Shown here piece after piece: positions 1 to 7,864 of a stretch of DNA of 32,000 nt (position 1 is the stretch's first letter; every line of letters starts with the position of its first letter). Source of the DNA: Acaryochloris thomasi RCC1774 (GTDB lineage Bacteria > Cyanobacteriota > Cyanobacteriia > Thermosynechococcales > Thermosynechococcaceae); assembly GCF_003231495.1 (NCBI RefSeq), contig NZ_PQWO01000031.1, positions 7,876 to 39,875 on the forward strand. The letters are read 5' to 3'. The notes beneath the pieces were generated by a model. It saw only the letters and a program-made list of their open reading frames with translations, did no database searches and was not told the DNA's origin. The position numbers and the translations under genes are program-made.

Positions 1-1
1 G

Positions 2-454
2 ACTCGGGGGATTTTCGATGCAGCTATGACAATCTATCTCAATCGATTTCTCAATATTCCTGCAGCTCCTTTGCCTAAGCCAGAGAATGAATTGCAGAAT
101 CCAGAGCAGCTATTAGATCAACTCCCAGAGTTATTAGACCGTCAGCAGCAGGTGAATGAGGTCGGTAATCTGGTTGCTCGTTATCTTTACGGAGGGGGAG
201 ATGGCGATCGCCTTTTGGCGGTTCTGGGTCGGTTAATGTTGCGGGAAGATCGAAGCTTTCACACGATTCAAGAATTAGATGCAGCTTTCAACCTATACAC
301 ACATTGGCAACACAAACCAGACAGGGTATATATTTTGGTAGCAGCAGCTCGATATCTAGCAGCTCATGCGCCCACAACTCGCGCACAGCACCAAACCTAT
401 CAAATTGCAGCCCGACTACACCGAGGAGAGCATTTATTCGAGTCTTCGACGTAG
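2..454 (+). CDS. Hypothetical protein, C-terminal part (gene probably begins upstream of the window)
   Basis: The frame is open from nt 2 through the listed Met (26) to TAG at 452-454, so the 5' end is likely cut by the window edge. I can name no family motif from the sequence alone. Confidence 0.45.
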   Translation, partial: TRGIFDAAMTIYLNRFLNIPAAPLPKPENELQNPEQLLDQLPELLDRQQQVNEVGNLVARYLYGGGDGDRLLAVLGRLMLREDRSFHTIQELDAAFNLYTHWQHKPDRVYILVAAARYLAAHAPTTRAQHQTYQIAARLHRGEHLFESST

Positions 455-461
455 TTCAAGC

Positions 462-1286
462 TCACTGATTTGCCTTCAGCCAACCCACCAGATCCCCCTG
501 TTCCGTAAAGTCTAACAGCGCCTCACCCAACTCCTCAGTTTGCTCCAGATCCAACCCTTCTATTTGAGATCGCAACTCAGGGGATACTTCTCCGATGCGA
601 CGATTGAGCAGACGGAGGACGAGGGAGCGTTCGCCTGCTGTGCGTCCCTCTTCTCGGCCTTCACCCTTGATATCTTGGTAGATCACTGACTGTTGCATAA
701 CATCTTGCCTCAGCACTCTGTAAATAAAGTCCCTGTCTAATGATAGCCCTGCCAGAATAGCCGCAGAAGCCGTTACGTTGCTTTGCACCCGTTCATCTTC
801 AATAGCCTCAGCCTTTGCAGCCACTTGTCGCAACGTCTGAGCTTTATCTTGAGTCTGCGTCAGTACCGCCAAAGGTAACAAGCCCGGTGAGTTTAGGAAA
901 GACTGGGTAGGCTGTTCCCACAACCTGACAACCTCAAACTCATGACGAGTACCCAGAATTTCAAAAGCAGTCTGATAGACCAGTTCAGAGGTTGTTGGAC
1001 TTAAGTAGATAACGACCTGCTTCATCTGTTTGTTCGGAAAACGACGGAAGGCCCGCGTCCGATAATCCAACATCCTAAAGGCCATTGTGGGATCCGCTTC
1101 GGTCTGGAATTCCAGATGTAAAATAATACCTTCAGATTCCAGAAGAATCAGAGCATCAGCACGAATTGGCTCAACGGCAAGTTCCGAAGGGCTTAGTTGG
1201 GTTAAAACAACAGGCTGACCCAACAGCCAGCTAGCAAAGTCACTTGAGAAGGTCTCTGCAAGGAACTTACAGGTGTTGTCATACAT
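462..1286 (-). CDS. Rpn-family recombination-promoting nuclease / putative transposase with DUF4351-type C-terminal tail
   Basis: 274-aa ORF. The N-terminal half has the Rpn / PD-(D/E)XK-like layout (..IRADALILLESEGIILHLEFQTE..). The C-terminal EGREEGRTAGERSLVLRLLNRRIG...LEQTEELGEALLDF..DLVGWL tail is typical of cyanobacterial copies of this family. Confidence 0.75.
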   Translation of the reverse strand: MYDNTCKFLAETFSSDFASWLLGQPVVLTQLSPSELAVEPIRADALILLESEGIILHLEFQTEADPTMAFRMLDYRTRAFRRFPNKQMKQVVIYLSPTTSELVYQTAFEILGTRHEFEVVRLWEQPTQSFLNSPGLLPLAVLTQTQDKAQTLRQVAAKAEAIEDERVQSNVTASAAILAGLSLDRDFIYRVLRQDVMQQSVIYQDIKGEGREEGRTAGERSLVLRLLNRRIGEVSPELRSQIEGLDLEQTEELGEALLDFTEQGDLVGWLKANQ

Positions 1287-1308
1287 GAAGCGATTCTATC
1301 GTGCGTTG

Positions 1309-2370
1309 CTAGGAAGCAGTAACGGCATCTCCTTCATCCTTGGCAGTGGTGACCGGCTCCGGCTGGACGTCAACCACCGGCTTCAGCTTCTCTAGGACTT
1401 GCTCCTCTACGGTCTGAGCAACATCTGGATTCTCTTCTAAATATTTGATGGTATTCTCCCGGCCTTGACCAATATTTTCGCCGCTGTAGCTATACCATGC
1501 CCCTTTGCGAACGATGATGTCTTGCGCTTCAGCCATATCTACCAAACAGCCAATGGTAGATATGCCTTTACCAAACAAGATATCGAACTCTGCAATCCGA
1601 AAGGGGGGAGCGACTTTATTCTTAGCCACTTTCACCTTCGCTCGAATCCCATAGCCTTCGTTCCCTTTCTTAAGAGTCTGAATCCTACGAATATCGAGGC
1701 GTACTGAGGCATAAAACTTGAGGGCGTTGCCTCCTGTCGTGACCTCTGGGCTACCGTAAACAATTCCGATCTTCTGACGGAGCTGATTGAGGAAAATGAC
1801 GGTGGTGCCAGATTTGCTGATGTTGCTGGTAATCTTACGGCAGGCTTGACTCATCAATCTGGCCTGCAATCCCATATGGGAGTCGCCCATCTCACCCTCA
1901 ATCTCGGCCTTGGGGGTCAGCGCCGCTACAGAGTCAATGACGATTAAATCAATGGCGGAGGAACGCACGAGCTGATCGACGATCTCTAATGCCATTTCGC
2001 CAGAATCGGGTTGAGAGACAAGTAGATTTTCGATATCTACACCCAGCGCTCCGGCATAAACCGGATCTAAGGCATGTTCAGCGTCCACGAAGGCTGCGAC
2101 GCCCCCCTGTTTTTGAACTTCTGAGATCGCATGAAGGGCCAAGGTTGTTTTACCAGAGCTTTCAGGGCCGTAGATTTCAATCACGCGACCTTTGGGCAGA
2201 CCTCCTCCTAAGGCTATGTCTAGTGTTAATGCACCACTAGAAATCGTTTCCACTTCCATCCGAGCAGCGTCACCCAGGCGCATGATGGCACCTTTGCCAA
2301 AGGTGCGCTCAATATGATTTACAACCGTTCCTAACGCTTTCTCTTTGTCTTTATCAGCAGTAGTAGCCAT
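1309..2370 (-). CDS. recA: Recombinase RecA
   Basis: 353 aa, collinear with RecA throughout. It has the Walker A motif [31 protein letters not shown], and L2-region [35 protein letters not shown]. Confidence 0.98.
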   Translation of the reverse strand: MATTADKDKEKALGTVVNHIERTFGKGAIMRLGDAARMEVETISSGALTLDIALGGGLPKGRVIEIYGPESSGKTTLALHAISEVQKQGGVAAFVDAEHALDPVYAGALGVDIENLLVSQPDSGEMALEIVDQLVRSSAIDLIVIDSVAALTPKAEIEGEMGDSHMGLQARLMSQACRKITSNISKSGTTVIFLNQLRQKIGIVYGSPEVTTGGNALKFYASVRLDIRRIQTLKKGNEGYGIRAKVKVAKNKVAPPFRIAEFDILFGKGISTIGCLVDMAEAQDIIVRKGAWYSYSGENIGQGRENTIKYLEENPDVAQTVEEQVLEKLKPVVDVQPEPVTTAKDEGDAVTAS

Positions 2371-2437
2371 TGTTCTCTCTCGTGATGGGTAGTGATGCGC
2401 CTGCGAAGATGCTGACTGGTGTTCTGTGGGTCTTTAT

Positions 2438-2451
2438 AGTACGCTTATACC
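2438..2451. promoter_or_regulatory. Candidate cyanobacterial LexA box upstream of recA
   Basis: AGTACGCTTATACC matches the published cyanobacterial LexA consensus RGTACNNNDGTWCB with one mismatch. It lies 68-81 nt upstream of the recA ATG and partly overlaps a minus-strand TATAAA -10-like hexamer. The motif is degenerate, so chance occurrence is not negligible. Confidence 0.3.
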
Positions 2452-2509
2452 ATAGCAGGGTCAAGCACCATTTTTTGCCCCTTTCTTTGAGGCTAATGGC
2501 AACACTGAG

Positions 2510-2758
2510 ATGAATGCTCAGGTCAGACTGATTCACGTTTCAACCTTCCCAGACTGGATTGTTTGGGTCAGCTATTCTGATGCCGATGAATACCGCTGCT
2601 GGGTCAGAACACCGGAGGGCGCAGCGCTTCATGATGGAGAGCGATATGCTTCTGAAGAAGCGGCTCTGGAGGCCGGACAGATTTTCGTCTATTCTTCTCT
2701 AGAACCTGAGATTGCGGGGGAATGGCTAGGGCGTCAAAACTGGAGTGATGGTCTCTAA
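2510..2758 (+). CDS. Hypothetical small protein (82 aa)
   Basis: ORF with non-repetitive, balanced composition in the recA-divergent intergenic region. No motif recognised. Its 3' end overlaps the convergent ORF 2726-2935 by 33 nt. Confidence 0.4.
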   Translation: MNAQVRLIHVSTFPDWIVWVSYSDADEYRCWVRTPEGAALHDGERYASEEAALEAGQIFVYSSLEPEIAGEWLGRQNWSDGL

Positions 2759-2935
2759 CCAGTCAAAGACAGAGGCGAGCTGCTCTAAGGAAATCAGACC
2801 GTATTGCCACAGGATGATGTGCAGATGGCTCGACGGTTCAGGTTGCTGACGTAGGGCGAGGTTGATAGACTCACTGGGTATTGTCAATTCCTGTCTCAGA
2901 TATTCGATTAGCTGGGTTTGAACAGAAGAAGACAT
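2726..2935 (-). CDS. Small conserved cyanobacterial protein, DUF2949-like (69 aa)
   Basis: The length and the motif ..LIEYLRQELTIP..SINLALRQ...LHIILWQYGLISLEQLASVFDWLE resemble the small DUF2949 family as I remember it. Assigned from memory only. Confidence 0.5.
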   Translation of the reverse strand: MSSSVQTQLIEYLRQELTIPSESINLALRQQPEPSSHLHIILWQYGLISLEQLASVFDWLETITPVLTP

Positions 2936-3112
2936 GAGTCTGTGAGGAATTAAGAAGAACGTTGAAAGTAGATTAGCTCGGCCCTGGCTTTTTTCTTTCC
3001 TACCTAAAGATAGAATTAAAAGTTCTCTACTGATAGATATTCATCTAATTTCTGCAGATTTGCCGATCGTGTTAGAAATCTTTGCAGCTTTGTAAATTGG
3101 AGGCAGCTAGCG

Positions 3113-4984
3113 GTGATTGAACAACGGTTCTCAAAAGAAGCAATCACCCAAGCCAAGACGATCTCAACCCAACACCAACCCGATCTCACCCGCCCCCAAG
3201 TCCAAGGCATCACTATCGACGGCCCCACCTCCCTCGATCTCGATGACGCCATCTGGTGCGAAGAAACCGACACGGGCGCAACAATCCAAGTCCACATCAG
3301 CGACGTATCCGATCGCATCCCCCTCAACTCCCCATTAGACCAAAGCGCGATCGCAACCACCCAAACCCGCTACTACCGGCAGGGCAACACCCCCATGCTG
3401 CCGCGAGTCCTCAGCGAAAATGCACTAAGTCTTCAAGAGGGCCAACCCAGAGCCACCCTAACGTTCGAGCTAGAGCTAGCCAATGACGGCACAGTCAGCA
3501 ACTGCAAAATCTTCGAGTCCTACCTAATCAGCGCCAAACGCTTCAGCTACGCCCAGGCCGACTACGCCATAGCAAGTCCTAAACTCAGATGGCACAGCAC
3601 GCTGAAGCTATGCCAGGAGTGGACCGCCAAGCTAAACCAGCAGCGGATGGCAACAGGGGCTATTGGAGCATCAGCTTTCGGCAAAAACATATACATCAAT
3701 GAAGAAGGAAATCTATCCGATAATCCCAATGCGAAATACCACAGCCATCGCGTCATAGAAGAGTTTATGATTGCGGCCAACACCGCTGCGGCCCAATGGC
3801 TAGCCGACCGTGATCAACCGGCCCTCTATCGTAACCACACCGCAAAAGCGATCGCACCGGGCCAGGACGAGATGCTGCAGGCGTTGCTGGTGCTGGGGTC
3901 GGCCACCGCGATACGACGGCGGTTGCAGAGCTGGATGAATCGAGCAGAGTATAGCCCCGCACTCATTGGTCATTTTGCGCTGAATCTTCCGGCCTATGGT
4001 CACTTCACCTCGCCAATACGCCGGGTGGCTGACCTGATCAATCATCGGATCATCAAGGCGTTGCTGCGCGGGGAAGAGTCGCCCTACACAAAGCAAGATC
4101 TTGAGGAACTGGGGCGTCATATCAATGAGACGGTTCTAGAAGATGAGCGGAAAACCACCACTTACTACAAAGACAAGGCCAAGCAAGGGCTGCAGGAAAA
4201 GCTGGAGTCGGAAGAAAGCTTTACTGAGCTGCCGGAGAAAGAATTTAGCCGGTTAATCAAACATGCTGAGGGAGAGCTGCCGGTAGCCCTGGCGGAGGAA
4301 GTGCGATCGCGGTTGGAGCAGGATCGGCTTGTTGTTTTGGATTACTACCTGCTGCTTATACAAGGTTGCGATTTGGAGCTGCAGGAATTGGTGTTGAAGC
4401 ATCTGGAAGGGAAGGTGCAGGATGCGGCCAGCGTGTTGTCTATGGCAGTTACTCAGGAAGAATCCTGGGAAGGGCTGGAGTATACAGAGTTAGCTCAGGA
4501 GGGACGCTTTCTGGCCTGGGCCGAAGTATACGTCGATGGGGAGCTGCGGACTTCCGTGGAGGCGGGTTGCGATCTGCGTAAGCAGGTGGCGCGGCATCGG
4601 GCTTGTTGGCTTTGGCTTTCTGCGTTCGAGAGTGGGGAGCTGGTGGGGGTGGATGCGCGGGTTGTGCTAGAGCTGCCGGTGGTTGTCGCTGTTGAGCCGG
4701 TGGTGGATTTGAAGGAGGGGAAGTTGCGATCGCTGTTAGAGAAGCCGCTTCTTGATGGGCAGAATCATGTGGGGCGGTTGATCGAGATCTGTCAGGCGAT
4801 GGGGTGGGAGTTACCCACCTTTGAGTTTGAAGATAGAGACGATGGTTTCTACTGCCGGTGCATCTGTGGCGGGGTTGTGGGGGATGCGATCTCGGGGAAG
4901 AAGAAATTGAGTAAGCAGAGGGCGGCGATGGGAGTGTTGCAGAAACTCCCTTACGCAGATTCAAAAGCCACCGGCTCATCGTGA
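3113..4984 (+). CDS. RNB-domain exoribonuclease (RNase II/R family) with C-terminal dsRBD-like domain
   Basis: GTG start. The RNB motifs begin almost at the N-terminus (ITIDGPTSLDLDDAIW; HFALNLPAYGHFTSPIRRVADLINHR). The last ~65 aa (GRLIEICQAMGWELPTFEFE..GFYCRCICGG..GKKKLSKQRAAMGVLQKL) fit the dsRNA-binding-domain pattern. No N-terminal cold-shock domains and no S1 domain are evident. Confidence 0.9.
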   Translation: MIEQRFSKEAITQAKTISTQHQPDLTRPQVQGITIDGPTSLDLDDAIWCEETDTGATIQVHISDVSDRIPLNSPLDQSAIATTQTRYYRQGNTPMLPRVLSENALSLQEGQPRATLTFELELANDGTVSNCKIFESYLISAKRFSYAQADYAIASPKLRWHSTLKLCQEWTAKLNQQRMATGAIGASAFGKNIYINEEGNLSDNPNAKYHSHRVIEEFMIAANTAAAQWLADRDQPALYRNHTAKAIAPGQDEMLQALLVLGSATAIRRRLQSWMNRAEYSPALIGHFALNLPAYGHFTSPIRRVADLINHRIIKALLRGEESPYTKQDLEELGRHINETVLEDERKTTTYYKDKAKQGLQEKLESEESFTELPEKEFSRLIKHAEGELPVALAEEVRSRLEQDRLVVLDYYLLLIQGCDLELQELVLKHLEGKVQDAASVLSMAVTQEESWEGLEYTELAQEGRFLAWAEVYVDGELRTSVEAGCDLRKQVARHRACWLWLSAFESGELVGVDARVVLELPVVVAVEPVVDLKEGKLRSLLEKPLLDGQNHVGRLIEICQAMGWELPTFEFEDRDDGFYCRCICGGVVGDAISGKKKLSKQRAAMGVLQKLPYADSKATGSS

Positions 4985-5172
4985 GGCTCCTGCTGACGGG
5001 CCAGCCATAGATCGTAGTTAGCCTGCATCTGCAGCCAGCTCTCAGGTGACCCGCCAAATACCTTAGACAGTCAAATCGCCAGATATGGCGTCACCGAGCT
5101 TTGACCGGAGACCACACGAGCAAACGTTGAGTGAGCCACATTGAGCTTAGTTGCAACACAACCATTACGCTT
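4951..5172 (-). pseudogene. HigA-family (XRE HTH) antitoxin remnant
   Basis: The minus-strand frame reads ..ATKLNVAHSTFARVVSGQSSVTPYLAI*LSKVFGGSPESWLQMQANYDLWLARQQ.., the typical HigA helix-turn-helix core. It has an in-frame TGA (5071-5073) where HigA proteins have Arg. There is no start codon and the N-terminal ~30 aa are missing. No higB partner is present. The remnant overlaps the RNB gene 3' end by 34 nt. Confidence 0.5.
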
Positions 5173-5182
5173 CTAGGCTAGA

Positions 5183-7858
5183 TTACAGCCAGTTACCAAT
5201 CAAAATAAAAGCAGCCCAAAAGCAGGGATGCCTATACCCTTTACCGGATTTAATCAGACTCAATTGTGCGGCCTGCAGGGCTTGAGCTTTGCTGAATTGA
5301 GGGTTGTTTAGGGCTTGATAAAACTGCTCTGAAAATTCAGCCGTGGCTTGGTCGTCAATAAACCAAAGGGAGGCGAGAGTACTTCTAGCTCCAGCTTGAA
5401 TAGCACTCCCCGCTAGCCCCAAAGCCGCTCGATTATCGCCCACCGCAGTTTGACAAGCGGAAAGCATAAGCAGATCAATGGCCCTTTGGGGGCTGTTTAC
5501 CTCCCGGAGCAGTTGTTCAAAATCACTTAATGTCAGCTTGCTATTGTTACCCAATACCAAGAAGGTATTTTCAGGCTCAGGGCTGAATCGGGCGTGGGTT
5601 GCAATATGAATGATGGGGTAGTTTCTCCGACTCAACTCTATATAGAGGCGCTCACGAGTAAACGCATCATTAATCAACTTCTTACTTCTCGGAAACTGCG
5701 CTTCAATGCGCTCGACTTCTGAGGCCACAAAATGCAGCGCTGGGAAATATTGATTATCCACTTGGGCCGCCTCAGTTAAGCCTAAAATCATTGCCTTTAG
5801 AGAAGAATGTTTCAGAGGTTGTGGATCGATGAGGTGTAAAGAGGGAGTTGTAGCAATGGCAAAGCGCTCAATCAAAAACTGCTGGCCATCGAACAAAGCC
5901 GCCATGGGAACCGTTCGGAACAGGCCATCTTGAACAAAGACGAGGGTGTTAACCTGAGCTTCGGTCAATGCGGTCTCAAAGGGCTGAATCAGCCATTGAT
6001 ATAGCTGTTCTGCAGACTGACGATTGGTGTAGGGTCCTAGGTTGCGTTCAAGGCCAACTCGGTAGTCATTAATTGTATTTTGTAAAGTTGATTTAGATTC
6101 TTGAATCCAGGCCAGTTGCCGCTGGCCGTTGGGCAGGGTCAAAATAACAGCGCTGCGCTGCGGCAAGATAATGGTGCTGAGGGTTGCAGTTCCTGCAGGA
6201 CCGACCTGCTCGACGGGGGTAGCCGGTAAGGCGGTGAGTGCACAATCATTGCCAAAGTAATTTTGCAATTCCGCTAGCTTGAGGGAGTCCAGGGTGTTGA
6301 GAGCCTTTGTCAGTTGCTGGGTCTGGGCTGGGGCGGGAATGGATTCTGCCCCATTTTGCTGTAGATAAAGGGTCACCAATTCTCGATAAAGGGGTTCGAT
6401 ATTGTCACGAAAGTCAAACTGCAGGTCGCGATTGGCATTTAATATGTCTCTACGAATTTTCCCTAAGGTTGAGACGGCTCGTTGGTAGAATTTGATGGAC
6501 TCTTCTGTTTGTCCATGGGCATTTAGAATCCGTCCTGTTTGCCATTCCCAAAGATAAAGACTGTCATTGCTGTCCAAATCGGCTGCGATCCAGCGAGCCT
6601 TTTGCGTGATTCTCAGGGCTTGCCGATGGTCCTGGCGACATTCGTACCAGTGGCCCAGTTCGCCCAATGCAAAAGATTTAGAGCGGCGATCGCCCACTTG
6701 CTCAGCTGTTTTTAGAGCCTGTTTGAGCAGACTTCGAGCTTGGGAAGCCGTCTCTTGGGGATAACACTGTGGCCCTTCAGAGGATAGGGCTGGGTCCACA
6801 ACTGAGCGATAAAGATGGGCCAAATCAATTGCGGCAAAAACGGCTTCTTGGCTGACAGGTAAGCGAGGAATGAGGTTGAGAGCCTTCTTTTTGGCGGGTT
6901 CTACTTTTGGGTGAAATGCATCTTTGCGCCTGTAAATCGGGATTATTCTCAGCAGGGTCTGAACACTCGTGAGGGGCTTATCCTGCTGTTGAGAAAGGGA
7001 CAAGCTTTGTTTGAAATAGCTTAGGGCTTGAGTTTCATTGTCCTGAGCTTTTTGGTGCAGTGCCGTCACCTTCCGAATGTTACCCTCTTGTCGTGAGCTG
7101 AGGGGAGAGGTTTGGTTAAGACGGCTTGCTGTCACACTTTGATTCTCAGAGCGGGCCTGACGGTAGTCAACTTCAGCTTGTGCGAGATAGGCATTTGCCA
7201 AACTGCTGAGCATCACTGTTTGGTAGTTCGGCAGCTTCGATGCCAGGGCTAATCCCTCCTCTAGGGAATCAATGGCCTGTTGATGATCTCCACGAGCAAG
7301 ATACGCATTACCGATGCTGCCTAAGGCTGCCGCTTCACCCGCTGAATCTTTAGCGTGACGTGCAATATCGATGGCGCTGCCAGCCTGACAGTCTGGGGTA
7401 GGGTTACAGAGCACAGCAATGGCGCGTCGATGCTGTCCTAATTGGCTATAGGCTTGGGCCTGTTCTGTCAGTATACGTCCGACTTTTTGTGTGTTGCCGA
7501 GCTGACGTTGCAGGAGAATCACCTGCTGCCAGTGTTGTAAGACTTGAGCCGTTTGCCCCAGGTGACGATGGGCACGGGCCAGGTTTTCAAGCACGATGGC
7601 ATTGTTTGCCAGGTCCCGTTGGGTTTGATAAAAGGGCAAAGCAGCTTGCCAACGTTCGATGGCTCCTTGATAATCTCGACTCTGGTAGAGATCGTATCCT
7701 TGCTGCACAAGCTGGCCGGCATTGTTGTTGGCCGTGTTCGTAGATCGTTGCTGAGTCGGCGCCCCCTGTCCCCCATGCGCCCAAAGCAGACTGAGGATCA
7801 AACTGGTGAGAAAGAGAACCTTCAGCAGAGGACGCGTACAGATTTTGCTTATCATCAT
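5183..7858 (-). CDS. TPR-repeat CHAT-domain (caspase-like) protease with N-terminal signal-like sequence
   Basis: 891 aa. The N-terminus MMISKICTRPLLKVLFLTSLILSLLWAHGGQGA looks like a Sec signal. It is followed by multiple TPR-like units (..YQGAIERWQAAL.., ..LGNAYLARGDHQQAIDSLEEGL..). The C-terminal CHAT domain has the His/Cys dyad contexts IHIATHARF (His codon 5594-5596) and LLMLSACQTA (Cys codon 5453-5455). Confidence 0.9.
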   Translation of the reverse strand: MMISKICTRPLLKVLFLTSLILSLLWAHGGQGAPTQQRSTNTANNNAGQLVQQGYDLYQSRDYQGAIERWQAALPFYQTQRDLANNAIVLENLARAHRHLGQTAQVLQHWQQVILLQRQLGNTQKVGRILTEQAQAYSQLGQHRRAIAVLCNPTPDCQAGSAIDIARHAKDSAGEAAALGSIGNAYLARGDHQQAIDSLEEGLALASKLPNYQTVMLSSLANAYLAQAEVDYRQARSENQSVTASRLNQTSPLSSRQEGNIRKVTALHQKAQDNETQALSYFKQSLSLSQQQDKPLTSVQTLLRIIPIYRRKDAFHPKVEPAKKKALNLIPRLPVSQEAVFAAIDLAHLYRSVVDPALSSEGPQCYPQETASQARSLLKQALKTAEQVGDRRSKSFALGELGHWYECRQDHRQALRITQKARWIAADLDSNDSLYLWEWQTGRILNAHGQTEESIKFYQRAVSTLGKIRRDILNANRDLQFDFRDNIEPLYRELVTLYLQQNGAESIPAPAQTQQLTKALNTLDSLKLAELQNYFGNDCALTALPATPVEQVGPAGTATLSTIILPQRSAVILTLPNGQRQLAWIQESKSTLQNTINDYRVGLERNLGPYTNRQSAEQLYQWLIQPFETALTEAQVNTLVFVQDGLFRTVPMAALFDGQQFLIERFAIATTPSLHLIDPQPLKHSSLKAMILGLTEAAQVDNQYFPALHFVASEVERIEAQFPRSKKLINDAFTRERLYIELSRRNYPIIHIATHARFSPEPENTFLVLGNNSKLTLSDFEQLLREVNSPQRAIDLLMLSACQTAVGDNRAALGLAGSAIQAGARSTLASLWFIDDQATAEFSEQFYQALNNPQFSKAQALQAAQLSLIKSGKGYRHPCFWAAFILIGNWL

Positions 7859-7864
7859 GAACCT

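Noticed and set aside
1465-2240. Plus-strand ORFs 1465-1707 and 1989-2240 inside recA
   Set aside because: They lie entirely antisense to an unambiguous recA reading frame. They have low-complexity, Arg/Pro/His-rich products typical of antisense frames and no start context.
2354-2536. 60-aa minus-strand ORF overlapping the recA start and upstream region
   Set aside because: It overlaps the recA 5' end and promoter region. The sequence is unremarkable, no ribosome-binding site is apparent, and the region is more parsimoniously the recA promoter and leader.
3016-3962. Several short ORFs (3016-3360 -, 3117-3338 +, 3256-3486 +, 3562-3783 -, 3765-3962 -, 3800-4120 -) overlapping the RNB gene
   Set aside because: All are nested in or antisense to the motif-supported RNB frame, and their compositions are biased (Pro/Ser/Arg/His). 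There is no independent evidence for them.
4449-5057. 202-aa minus-strand ORF overlapping the 3' third of the RNB gene
   Set aside because: The product is Pro/Ala/Arg/Ser low-complexity sequence, antisense to a gene with clear RNB and dsRBD motifs. It is a by-product of the GC-rich codon usage in 4.4-4.9 kb. It is also in a different frame from the HigA-like remnant.
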